A stretch of 64,000 nucleotides of DNA from Candidatus Thioglobus sp. MED-G25 (lineage in GTDB: Bacteria; Pseudomonadota; Gammaproteobacteria; Arenicellales; UBA868): assembly GCA_002456995.1 (NCBI GenBank), contig NTKC01000007.1, positions 18,705-82,704 of the forward strand, given 5' to 3'. Made by a program: the position numbers and the translations under genes. Below the pieces are notes generated by a model that ran no database searches, had not been told where the DNA came from, and saw only the letters and a list, made by a program, of their open reading frames with translations. This document shows, piece after piece, positions 54,628 to 63,802 of this stretch. Numbering within the stretch: position 1 is the first letter of the stretch; every line of letters starts with the position of its first letter.

Positions 54628-55605
54628 GTGATAGAATCGCGCTCCGTTTTGAAACAGAAAATATTTATAGATGGTCAAGCTGGGACGACCGGTCTTAGAA
54701 TCAGGCAATGGATTCAGGATCGTCGCGATATCGAACTCCTGACACTTGCTGATAGTGACCGCCGCTCCGCGACAGCACGGCAACAAGCGATATCCCTGGC
54801 CGATCTAACCATTCTCTGCCTGCCGGATGAGGCTGCTGCGGAAGCCGCCATCTGGGCAAATAATGCTGGTACTCGGGTTCTGGATGCCAGCACCTGCCAC
54901 CGTGTTGCGGATGATTGGACGTATGGACTTCCTGAACTATGTGAAGAGCAACGCGCCAGGATAACTTCGGCTGATCGTGTGAGTAATCCAGGTTGCTATT
55001 CCTCGACATTTATTCTGCTGTTACGGCCGTTGATAGATGCCGGACTGATGCCAACAGATGCTCCGATATTTATTCATGCCCTGTCCGGTTATAGCGGTGG
55101 CGGTAAGTCAATGATTGAGCGCTGGGAAAATCCAGATAATGAGTTGGTGAACATCCCCTATGAAGCACCTTACGCATTGGAGCGGATCCACAAGCACATT
55201 CCTGAGATGCAGCGTTACACGGGCCTAACAGTCCAGCCTCAGTTCCTGCCAGCTGTGGGTTCATTTCACAGCGGCATGCGAGTCCAGGTGCCACTTCACG
55301 AGAGTATTTTTTGCAACAAGCCCGATGGCGAAGAGATCTGGTCACTACTTGATCAACGTTACGAAGGCGAGCGGTTTGTTCATGTCGCACCGTTTGCCGG
55401 TTTTGAGGCGACCAGTGAATTCGATCTGGACCCAACTCGGTTTAATGAGAGTAATCAACTTCAGATTCATGTCTACCCTAATCCCGCAGGGCATATTTTG
55501 CTGGTTGGCTTGCTGGATAATCTAGGTAAAGGTGCTTCCGGAGTAGCCGTACAGTGCCTCAATCTGATGTTGGGTCTGCCGGAGCATGCAGGGCTACCCG
55601 CCTAG
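54628..55605 (+). CDS. argC: N-acetyl-gamma-glutamyl-phosphate reductase (short, type-2 form)
   Basis: KIFIDGQAGTTGLRI, active-site SNPGCYSS and LDNLGKGASG. The start is either GTG 54628 or TTG 54649. Confidence 0.85.
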   Translation: MIESRSVLKQKIFIDGQAGTTGLRIRQWIQDRRDIELLTLADSDRRSATARQQAISLADLTILCLPDEAAAEAAIWANNAGTRVLDASTCHRVADDWTYGLPELCEEQRARITSADRVSNPGCYSSTFILLLRPLIDAGLMPTDAPIFIHALSGYSGGGKSMIERWENPDNELVNIPYEAPYALERIHKHIPEMQRYTGLTVQPQFLPAVGSFHSGMRVQVPLHESIFCNKPDGEEIWSLLDQRYEGERFVHVAPFAGFEATSEFDLDPTRFNESNQLQIHVYPNPAGHILLVGLLDNLGKGASGVAVQCLNLMLGLPEHAGLPA

Positions 55606-55828
55606 CCTATACTGCTGCACAATAAAGCGTCCAATATAGCTTACGACTTAGTATGCGATTATCTAACTTTCCGGAAATCGGATACACCGGAAGGCTGTTA
55701 CAGGTACTTTTCGCTTAGAGTCTTTAACAGGCGCTGTCTAGCCGTTAGAATACAAAAGCTTAAAGGCCGGACAAACTTTTCTTCCATCAGTTGTACATCT
55801 CCTATCTTACAGACTCGACTGAGAGCCC

Positions 55829-57634
55829 ATGCTGCCCAGGAATCAAAAGAAGATTCGCAATTTCGCGATAATTGCTCACATAGATCATGGAAAATCAACC
55901 CTATCAGATCGATTGATTCAGATGTGTGGTGGCTTGACTGACCGAGAGATGTCAGAGCAGGTTCTTGATTCGATGGAACTCGAACGCGAACGGGGGATCA
56001 CGATCAAATCTCAGAGTGTATCCTTGAAGTACAAATCGTGTAATGGGGAGCAGTATTCCCTCAATTTCATTGACACGCCGGGTCATGTGGATTTCGCTTA
56101 TGAAGTTTCCAGATCATTAAGTGCGTGTGAAGGTGCTTTGCTCGTGGTTGATGCTTCCCAAGGTGTTGAGGCGCAGACACTTGCAAACTGTTATGCGGCA
56201 GTCGACTTAGGCTTAGAAGTGATCCCAGTGCTTAACAAAATAGACTTGCCTTCCGCAGAACCAGAGCGAGTTTTGCAAGAAATTGAAGAGCTTATCGGCC
56301 TGGACTGTTCGAACGCTCTGTCGATCAGCGCAAAAACCGGTGCTGGAGTCGAACAGGTCCTAGAGTCTATTGTTTCATCATTACCAGGTCCTAAAGGCGA
56401 GGAAAGAGATCCCTTAAAGGCACTTATCATAGATTCGTGGTTTGATAACTATCATGGCACTGTTTCATTGGTTAGGGTGGTAGACGGAAAAATCGCCAAA
56501 CGCGGTAAAGTTAAGATGAGTTCTACTGGTGGAGTGCACCAGGTTGAGGAGGTGGGCATATTTACGCCGAAAAAGAACCCAGTTGGAGAACTAGTAGCGG
56601 GCGATGTCGGCTACATGATTGCCGGCATTAAGGATGTAAAAGCAGCGAAAGTCGGTGACACAATAATTGATGCCAAATCGGTAGGTACGACTGCTCTGCC
56701 TGGGTTCAAGGAAGAAAAGCCAACTGTTTTCGCGGGTCTGTATCCGGTGAATAATGCTGATTATGACAGTTTTCGTGTCGCACTTGAGAAGTTGAGCCTG
56801 AATGACGCATCGTTGAGACATGAACCAGAAGTGTCGCCTGCTTTGGGATTTGGTTTCCGGTGTGGGTTTTTGGGCTTACTTCACCTAGAGATTATTCAGG
56901 AACGCCTTGAACGTGAATATGAACTTGAGTTGATTACGACAGCGCCTACCGTCTTGTATCACGTTCTAACAACTGAACAAAAGTTGGTAAAGGTGGAAAA
57001 TCCAGCCGACCTTCCGGACTCGGCAGTGATCAGCGAAATACGTGAGCCGTTTATTCGCGCAAGAATATTGTCGCCGCAAGATCAAGTCGGCTCGATCATT
57101 TCATTGTGCATCGACAAACGTGGGCTTCAGCAGAATATCAATTACCACGGGAGGCAGGTCTTGATCGAGTTTGATCTGCCGCTAGCTGAAGTGGTGTTGG
57201 ATTTTCATGATCAGTTAAAATCAGTAAGTCGGGGATATGCGTCTTTAGATTATGAGCTGCTAGATCATCGGAAGGCCGATATGGTCAAGCTTGATATATT
57301 GATTAATGGGGATCGTATTGATCCTTTGTCTGTATTGGTTCATCGTGAGCAGGCAAAATATCGTGCACGAGATCTAGTCAGTCGAATGCGTAAACTTATT
57401 CCGAGACAAATGTTTGACGTGGCGATTCAGGCTTCCATTGGTTCGAGAGTAATTTCAAGGGAGACGGTCAAGGCGTTGCGGAAAAATGTTACAGCAAAAT
57501 GCTATGGCGGCGACATTACGCGGAAACGCAAACTGTTGGAGAAACAAAAAGAGGGCAAGAAAAGGATGAAACAGATTGGCTCTGTGTCCATACCCCAGGA
57601 AGCATTTCTATCTGTTTTGCGAGTGGGTAGCTAG
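55829..57634 (+). CDS. lepA: Translation elongation factor 4
   Basis: [29 protein letters not shown] and the LepA-specific C-terminal domain. Confidence 0.95.
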   Translation: MLPRNQKKIRNFAIIAHIDHGKSTLSDRLIQMCGGLTDREMSEQVLDSMELERERGITIKSQSVSLKYKSCNGEQYSLNFIDTPGHVDFAYEVSRSLSACEGALLVVDASQGVEAQTLANCYAAVDLGLEVIPVLNKIDLPSAEPERVLQEIEELIGLDCSNALSISAKTGAGVEQVLESIVSSLPGPKGEERDPLKALIIDSWFDNYHGTVSLVRVVDGKIAKRGKVKMSSTGGVHQVEEVGIFTPKKNPVGELVAGDVGYMIAGIKDVKAAKVGDTIIDAKSVGTTALPGFKEEKPTVFAGLYPVNNADYDSFRVALEKLSLNDASLRHEPEVSPALGFGFRCGFLGLLHLEIIQERLEREYELELITTAPTVLYHVLTTEQKLVKVENPADLPDSAVISEIREPFIRARILSPQDQVGSIISLCIDKRGLQQNINYHGRQVLIEFDLPLAEVVLDFHDQLKSVSRGYASLDYELLDHRKADMVKLDILINGDRIDPLSVLVHREQAKYRARDLVSRMRKLIPRQMFDVAIQASIGSRVISRETVKALRKNVTAKCYGGDITRKRKLLEKQKEGKKRMKQIGSVSIPQEAFLSVLRVGS

Positions 57635-57635
57635 A

Positions 57636-58439
57636 ATGGATTTTGCATTTGCTTTGTTCGGTGGATTGGTAATAACTGGCGGAGTTGTGCTTTGGGATCG
57701 CCTACAAAGATCAAAAGAGACTATAGGTGCGGACTCAAGAACGGCCGGAATCGTTATCGAGTATGCCCGTGCTTTTTTCCCCGTGATACTGGTTGTATTT
57801 GTCCTTAGATCATTTATTGTCGAGCCGTTCAGAATTCCCTCAGGATCAATGTTGCCGAGTCTCTATATTGGCGATTTTATTCTTGTATCAAAGTTTAGCT
57901 ACGGTATAAGACTGCCTCTGATTAACCAGAAAGTCTTTTCGATCGGCACCCCTAAACGCGGAGAAGTACTGGTGTTCAGGTACCCACATGACGAGAAAAC
58001 AAATTATATTAAGCGAGTTGTTGGATTGCCGGGCGATGTTGTTGATTATAAAAATAAGAGACTTCGTATTAATGGCAATGTAGTTGATCTTCAGAAGTCA
58101 AACCGAGAAGACAAAGAACAAGGCACACAATCGAATGAGCAGGTTAGGGTACACATCGAACGTCTTGGCGTGTCGTCGCATGGGATACTCCTCGACACCA
58201 GTCGGGGGTCGAGAGACTACACGAGAATAATTGTCCCGCCAGATAAATTTTTTGTTATGGGGGACAATCGGGACCACAGCAATGACAGTCGGTTCTGGGG
58301 TTTTGTGCCAGAAGAAAACATTGTAGGGCGGGCGTTCTTCGTCTGGTTCAGTTGGGATGGCAATAAAAATGATCATTTCTGGAATGATTACATTGGTGGT
58401 GGCGCCAACTGGCCGAGAATTGGAACTACCATAGACTAG
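57636..58439 (+). CDS. lepB: Signal peptidase I
   Basis: IPSGSMLPSL (catalytic Ser), YIKRVVGLPGD (Lys box), GDNRDHSNDSRFWG. Start trimmed from 57576 to ATG 57636, one nt after the lepA stop. Confidence 0.9.
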   Translation: MDFAFALFGGLVITGGVVLWDRLQRSKETIGADSRTAGIVIEYARAFFPVILVVFVLRSFIVEPFRIPSGSMLPSLYIGDFILVSKFSYGIRLPLINQKVFSIGTPKRGEVLVFRYPHDEKTNYIKRVVGLPGDVVDYKNKRLRINGNVVDLQKSNREDKEQGTQSNEQVRVHIERLGVSSHGILLDTSRGSRDYTRIIVPPDKFFVMGDNRDHSNDSRFWGFVPEENIVGRAFFVWFSWDGNKNDHFWNDYIGGGANWPRIGTTID

Positions 58440-58575
58440 GTTGAATTGTTTGTATATCGCCAGATTGATAATTAAAATCTACACATCAAAGTCCCTAGCC
58501 TAGTACATCAAGTCGAAAACCAATAAGTCAGGCTTAACTGTTTCTAAGGAAGTTATAAGACCGCCAGTTCTAGGT

Positions 58576-59247
58576 ATGATCAGCAATCTGGATAAGCTTG
58601 AATCGATCGTTGGTTATCATTTTCTTGACTCAAGACTACTCGATCGCGCACTGACGCATCGAAGCTTCAGTGGGTACAACAATGAACGGCTGGAGTTCCT
58701 TGGAGATAGTGTGTTGGGGGTTATCGTGTCTACGATTCTCTATCGTCTTTACGCTGAAAGTGAAGAAGGTGAGTTGACTAGAATGCGCGCACAGGTTGTT
58801 AAAAAAGATACTCTTGCGCAGATAGCGCGTCGTCTCCAACTTGGAAACTACCTCAAACTCGGTGGCAGTGCATCGAAGGGGGGGGGAGCGGATAACGATT
58901 CTATACTGGCTGATGCGCTTGAATCTCTAATCGGGGCTGTTTATCTCGATGCGGGATTAGAGCAGGCTCAAATCTGTGTGGAGGAGATATTCGAGGAAGA
59001 GCTTAACGCTATTGACCCTAGGCTTACCGCAAAAGATCCCAAAACGGAGTTGCAAGAACTTCTCCAGGGTAAGGGAATGTTGCTACCCAAATATAAAGTA
59101 GAAAGCATATCGGGTTCTTCCCACGAACCAGGTTTTGTAGTTAGTTGTTATGTAGAAGAAGACCAACTGGTGCAAATTGGAACGGGCCCAAGCCGAAAGA
59201 GTGCAGAGCAAGCAGCAGCAAAAAATATATTGCTTATCCTTCGTTGA
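58576..59247 (+). CDS. rnc: Ribonuclease III
   Basis: Signature NERLEFLGDSVL, ILADALESLIGAVYLD and a C-terminal dsRBD. Confidence 0.95.
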   Translation: MISNLDKLESIVGYHFLDSRLLDRALTHRSFSGYNNERLEFLGDSVLGVIVSTILYRLYAESEEGELTRMRAQVVKKDTLAQIARRLQLGNYLKLGGSASKGGGADNDSILADALESLIGAVYLDAGLEQAQICVEEIFEEELNAIDPRLTAKDPKTELQELLQGKGMLLPKYKVESISGSSHEPGFVVSCYVEEDQLVQIGTGPSRKSAEQAAAKNILLILR

Positions 59248-59252
59248 GACAA

Positions 59253-60158
59253 ATGGGTACAGAAAGCTTTAGATTTGGCGTGGTAACTCTAGTCGGCAGA
59301 CCGAATGTCGGCAAGTCAAGCATAATGAACGGGCTTATAGGCAACAAAGTCAGTATTACGTCGCGTAAACCTCAAACAACTCGGCATCGGATTCAGGGAA
59401 TCTGTAGCACGGATGAATATCAGATCGTTTTTGTCGATACCCCGGGAATTCATGAATCAGCCGGTGTTGCGATGAATAAGATTCTAAACCGTACAGCTCG
59501 TTCTAGCCTTAACGAGGTGGATCTAATCTTGATGGTAGTGGATGCTAGAAGATGGACTTCAGGCGACACCCGAGTTCTGGTTGATGCTGGGGCAACTGAA
59601 TCATCGGTTTGGTTGATCCTGAATAAAATAGATCTACTGGGCAGGCCTGACCTAGTGCTTCCAAGAATTGATCAGGTGCGTCGACGTTACGACTTTGGAG
59701 AGATCGTGCCCTTGTCTGCGAAAACGGGGGATAATCTCGACCACCTAATGACATTAGTGGCTGGAGTGATGCCCGAAGGTCCATCAGGTTATCCAACCCA
59801 ACAAGTAACTGACTCGAGTGACGTATTCATTGCTGCAGAATTTATCAGAGAGCAGATATTCCGTCTTGTGGGGGATGAGATACCCTACGAGACAGCCGTG
59901 GATATCCGTAGCTTTAGTGAACGAAAAGATGGCTTGGTAAGTATTGAAGTGGATATATGGTGTGAGAATAAGCGCCAGCGATCTATTCTGATTGGTGACG
60001 ATGGCGATCGGTTGAAGACAATTGGATCTAAAGCTCGAGAACAGATCCAGCGCTACTTGGGCAAGAAGGTCTATCTTGAACAGTGGATCAAAGTGAAAAA
60101 GGGTTGGGCTGACGATAAAAGAATGCTGGCTAAAGTGGGATACAGTAGGTGGGAGTGA
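59253..60158 (+). CDS. era: GTPase Era
   Basis: G1 GRPNVGKSS, G3 DTPG, G4 NKID and a KH domain C-terminus. Start trimmed from 59145 to ATG 59253. Confidence 0.95.
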   Translation: MGTESFRFGVVTLVGRPNVGKSSIMNGLIGNKVSITSRKPQTTRHRIQGICSTDEYQIVFVDTPGIHESAGVAMNKILNRTARSSLNEVDLILMVVDARRWTSGDTRVLVDAGATESSVWLILNKIDLLGRPDLVLPRIDQVRRRYDFGEIVPLSAKTGDNLDHLMTLVAGVMPEGPSGYPTQQVTDSSDVFIAAEFIREQIFRLVGDEIPYETAVDIRSFSERKDGLVSIEVDIWCENKRQRSILIGDDGDRLKTIGSKAREQIQRYLGKKVYLEQWIKVKKGWADDKRMLAKVGYSRWE

Positions 60159-60926
60159 GTGATGACGACATTCCCCAGACGATTCCAAAACCAGTCCGCT
60201 TTTCTACTTCAGCATCGACCTTACTCGGAAACGAGTCTGTTGGTTGATCTATTTACTGAAAAATCCGGTCGAATCACTGCAATCGCAAAAGGGGCCCGGC
60301 GACTTAAATCTAGTTATCGGGGGGTTTTGCTGCCATTTCAGCCATTATCCGTTCTGTTCACAGGTAAAGGCGATGTGAAAACATTGACGGGAGCTGAACC
60401 GGTCCGTTCGCGAATAATTCTGTCAAGAGATCATCTGATGTGCGGATTCTATCTGAACGAACTGATCCTAAAGATGCTTTACCGTTACGATCCTTATGAA
60501 ACCCTTTATCCCGTGTACGAGCGTGCACTGGATGAACTATCGCGCAAGTCGGATGCTGAATTCACGTTGAGAAGATTCGAAAAATACTTACTTGAGCAGG
60601 TCGGATATGGCCTTCATCTGCAGCGCGACATGTCCACTGGGCTGCCGATTGATGAGCATGTTGTGTACCGCTATCTGCCCGAGGTAGGCCCGATCGTTAA
60701 TAATAGTAGCCGGAGCGACGGCGTTCTGATTCACGGGGATGCATTAATCGCGCTTGACCAGGAAGAGGTGTTTACGGAACGTGTTAGGCGAGAACTCAAA
60801 CAATTAAATCGAACAGTTCTCGCGACACACTTACAGGGAAAACCACTAAATAGTCGTCGCATGTTTGCTCAATTGTACCCTGGCAAAGATTCAGCCGAAA
60901 CACAGGCGAAGCACGTCGAATTCTAA
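60159..60926 (+). CDS. recO: DNA repair protein RecO
   Basis: [20 protein letters not shown] (RecO OB-fold N-terminus). Lies in the era-recO-pdxJ order. The start is either GTG 60159 or ATG 60162. Confidence 0.85.
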   Translation: MMTTFPRRFQNQSAFLLQHRPYSETSLLVDLFTEKSGRITAIAKGARRLKSSYRGVLLPFQPLSVLFTGKGDVKTLTGAEPVRSRIILSRDHLMCGFYLNELILKMLYRYDPYETLYPVYERALDELSRKSDAEFTLRRFEKYLLEQVGYGLHLQRDMSTGLPIDEHVVYRYLPEVGPIVNNSSRSDGVLIHGDALIALDQEEVFTERVRRELKQLNRTVLATHLQGKPLNSRRMFAQLYPGKDSAETQAKHVEF

Positions 60927-60952
60927 CCCGTTCAGACAAGAGGAATAAGCCA

Positions 60953-61675
60953 GTGATTGACTTAGGTGTAAACATTGACCACGTCGCAACTTTGAGACAA
61001 GCACGCGGTACGTCTTATCCAGAACCAGCACAAGCGGTTGTGATCGCCGAACAGTCCGGAGCTGATCTGATTACACTGCATTTACGGGAGGACCGGCGTC
61101 ACATAGTAGATAGAGATGTTTATCTGTTGAGACAAGTTATCCAGACGCGAATGAATCTGGAAATGGCGGGGACCTCAGAAATGGTCAAAATTGCCTCTGA
61201 CGTGCAACCGGAGGATGTCTGTATCGTGCCCGAAAAGCGCGAAGAGTTGACTACCGAAGGCGGGCTCAACGTAATAGCCAACAGAATAGAACTAGAAGAA
61301 CATATCATCTGTCTGAGGCAAGCTGGGATACGCGTCTCATTGTTTATCGATCCGGATCCCGAACAAATACACGCATCCTGTGAAGTTGGTGCTGAAGCAG
61401 TAGAGATCCACACCGGTGCTTACGCGGATGCTAGTCGCGGTAATTGCGACGAAGAACTCGAGCGGATAAAGGATGCTGTAGCTGTGGCGTCAAATTTGCC
61501 GCTTCGGGTAAATGGAGGCCATGGGTTGCATTATCATAACGTGAAGTCAGTCGCAGCAATCCCTGGTTTTGCCGAACTCAATATCGGTCACGCTATTATT
61601 GCACGGGCATTATTTTCGGGTCTTGGAGAAGCAGTCACAGAAATGAAAAGGCTGATCGATTCGGTATCTTCTTAA
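60953..61675 (+). CDS. pdxJ: Pyridoxine 5'-phosphate synthase
   Basis: [40 protein letters not shown] start. Confidence 0.95.
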   Translation: MIDLGVNIDHVATLRQARGTSYPEPAQAVVIAEQSGADLITLHLREDRRHIVDRDVYLLRQVIQTRMNLEMAGTSEMVKIASDVQPEDVCIVPEKREELTTEGGLNVIANRIELEEHIICLRQAGIRVSLFIDPDPEQIHASCEVGAEAVEIHTGAYADASRGNCDEELERIKDAVAVASNLPLRVNGGHGLHYHNVKSVAAIPGFAELNIGHAIIARALFSGLGEAVTEMKRLIDSVSS

Positions 61676-61682
61676 AAAGGAG

Positions 61683-61958
61683 CTACTTCTTTTTAGGTCC
61701 AAAACCTTGTGGTACATCCCCGAGATCGCCCTCACCGAAGAGAAATCCGACCATATGTTGTTCAATGTGGTCTAAACTTTCTGGATCAGCAGAAGACAGT
61801 TGGTTTTCATTGATGATTAGGACAAGTCGCTCAAGCCATTGTGTCCACCCCTCTTTTGAAACGCTCTCAACAATTCTTTGGCCGAGTTCGCCCGGGTAGG
61901 GCGGGGCATCGAGTGCCTCAGCTTCTCGTTCAAGAACAACGCATTGCACAGTTGCCAT
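61683..61958 (-). CDS. yggX: Fe(2+)-trafficking / oxidative-damage protection protein YggX
   Basis: VQCVVLEREAEALDAPPYPGELGQRIVESVSKEGWTQW aligns with E. coli YggX ([37 protein letters not shown]). Confidence 0.85.
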   Translation of the reverse strand: MATVQCVVLEREAEALDAPPYPGELGQRIVESVSKEGWTQWLERLVLIINENQLSSADPESLDHIEQHMVGFLFGEGDLGDVPQGFGPKKK

Positions 61959-62091
61959 GGTAAAATAGAATTATATAATTGTGGTGGAAAGCTCTCATCA
62001 TAACCAGTATGTGCCACAATCAGCAAACTAGACATGAGCTCAGATGTAGTTTGATGCACATACCAACCTCACAAGTCACAAGGACTATGCT

Positions 62092-62448
62092 ATGAATGCA
62101 ACATTATCTGAACAGTTGGCTGTCACTGCGCCTGCTCGAGCCAAAATCGTAGAACTGCTCAAAGAAGCCGACCAGTCAATAGATTCGGTCAGGATATTTG
62201 TATCTGGTGGTGGTTGTGGCGGTATGACATATGGCATGACTTTTTCTGAATCTGAAGAGAAAAGGGATAGTGTCCTAGACGATTCGGAAGGTTGCAAAGT
62301 TGTCGTGGATCCAATTGCACTTTGTTATCTGCAGGGGGCAGAAGTGGACTACGTCGACGATGGGGTTAACACCAGTTTTGTATTCAATAACGTTTTTAAA
62401 GCAGTCGGTGGCAGCGGTGCCTGTGGCGGTTGTGGTGGTGCACACTAG
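62092..62448 (+). CDS. A-type (HesB/IscA/ErpA family) iron-sulfur cluster carrier with an atypical C-terminus
   Basis: VRIFVSGGGCGGMTYGMTF and VVVDPIALCYLQGAEVDYV align with ErpA (LRVYITGGGCSGFQYGFTF and VVDPMSLQYLVGGSVDY). The C-terminal motif is ACGGCGGAH rather than CGCGxSF. Confidence 0.75.
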   Translation: MNATLSEQLAVTAPARAKIVELLKEADQSIDSVRIFVSGGGCGGMTYGMTFSESEEKRDSVLDDSEGCKVVVDPIALCYLQGAEVDYVDDGVNTSFVFNNVFKAVGGSGACGGCGGAH

Positions 62449-62503
62449 ATAGGTTTCGAAACTCCACAGTGCTGTTCAGACAAGCGCACTGCTGGAGGAG
62501 TTC

Positions 62504-63802
62504 GTGAAGCGGGTAAAGCGAATCCTTCTCATTGCCCCTAATGGAAGTTATAGAACAGCTGCCTATATAAAAATAGCGAAGCAATTAGGATTTGATTGTA
62601 TCGTCGGATCAACTGGGTACCATGCAGTTTCAGATGTGCCGGGTAGCACAATCATCAATCTGGATCATGGCAGTACCGATTTGGATTTGGAACGACTGCA
62701 GAAGCAACATAGCCGTACTCCATTTGACGGGGTTATCGCTACGGATGACTCTGTCGTAGAGATCGCAGCTGCATTAGCTAAGCGCTTACACCTGCCAGGA
62801 AATTCAGTCGAAGCCGTTCGTCGCACTTGTCGTAAAGATTTACTCAAAAATGCATTGCTTAACTCTTCTGTACTTTCGCCAAGTGGATTCGAAGTGCGAC
62901 TGGATCAGCCCTTTGAATCTCAGATATCATTTTCCACTTATCCCTGCGTTGCCAAACCGCTGACATTATCAGCTAGTCGAGGAGTTATAAGAGCTGACAA
63001 TCCTACCGAATTGAAGGCGGCACTGGCAAGAATCTGGAAGCTGATTCAGAAAGAAGGCGAAGACAAGTATCCTATTGCACTGGTAGAGCGGTTTATTCCA
63101 GGTAAGGAGATCGCTGTTGAAGGATTGCTTTTGAATGGTGTCCTAAGCACTTTAGCAATTTTTGACAAGCCGATACCTTTGAATGGTCCACATTTTGAGG
63201 AAACTATCTATGTAACACCGTCGGCATTGAGTGAGGCCGAACAACAAGAAGTGAAAACTGTGCTGTCCCATGCCTGCCAACAGCTAGAGTTGCGGCAGGG
63301 CCCGGTACACGCCGAATTTCGATTGAATGATCAAGGAATCTGGATTATCGATATCGCCAGTCGATCAATCGGTGGGCAGTGTAGCCTGCTAATAAAGGCC
63401 GGTACCGGCATTACACTCGAAGAGATGATTGTCCGGAATTCAGTTGGGGAAGATACTAAAAGTAAAGTGATTGAAAAGGCTGTCGGAGTGATGATGATAC
63501 CGGTACCCGGAAATGGGGGAATTCTTAGAAGGATAGAAGGGCTCGGAAATGCAGTCGATGTGCCTGGTGTAACGGGGGTAGAGTTAGATGCCAGGCCGGG
63601 CCAGATTCTGACTCCCTGGCCAGAGGGTTGCGCCTACCCAGGATTTATTTTTGCGGAAGCAGAGTCAACAGACAAAGTTGTCAGATCATTGGAGCGGTCA
63701 CATGCAGAACTGAAGTTTGTATATTCACCATCGTTGCCGGTACATGTGGTTGCACCAACATCCCCATCCCAACTGTTCAGAACTGATAGCGTGCGCCAAT
63801 AG
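62504..63802 (+). CDS. ATP-grasp domain ligase of unknown substrate (L-amino-acid-ligase-like architecture)
   Basis: 432 aa with a pre-ATP-grasp N-domain, then YPCVAKPLTLSASRGV (ATP-binding Lys strand), VERFIPGKEIAVEG (hinge), GPVHAEFRL and IWIIDIASRSIGG (Mg/ATP loop). GTG start behind GGAGGAG. Confidence 0.7.
   Translation: MKRVKRILLIAPNGSYRTAAYIKIAKQLGFDCIVGSTGYHAVSDVPGSTIINLDHGSTDLDLERLQKQHSRTPFDGVIATDDSVVEIAAALAKRLHLPGNSVEAVRRTCRKDLLKNALLNSSVLSPSGFEVRLDQPFESQISFSTYPCVAKPLTLSASRGVIRADNPTELKAALARIWKLIQKEGEDKYPIALVERFIPGKEIAVEGLLLNGVLSTLAIFDKPIPLNGPHFEETIYVTPSALSEAEQQEVKTVLSHACQQLELRQGPVHAEFRLNDQGIWIIDIASRSIGGQCSLLIKAGTGITLEEMIVRNSVGEDTKSKVIEKAVGVMMIPVPGNGGILRRIEGLGNAVDVPGVTGVELDARPGQILTPWPEGCAYPGFIFAEAESTDKVVRSLERSHAELKFVYSPSLPVHVVAPTSPSQLFRTDSVRQ

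Noticed and set aside
59145-59252. N-terminal extensions offered by the ORF track: era from 59145, lepB from 57576, sdhC from 50855, eno from 47796, pyrG from 45282, dnaQ from 14492 and leuA from 10669
   Set aside because: The extensions overlap the preceding gene or lack similarity to conserved N-termini. Internal starts reproduce the canonical N-terminal motifs and usually have an RBS.
62504-63802. The idea that the ATP-grasp protein is a RimK-like enzyme linked to the acidic S6 tail
   Set aside because: At 432 aa with an N-terminal pre-ATP-grasp domain, its size and architecture differ from RimK (about 300 aa). It is about 45 kb from rpsF. Nothing in the sequence links the two.
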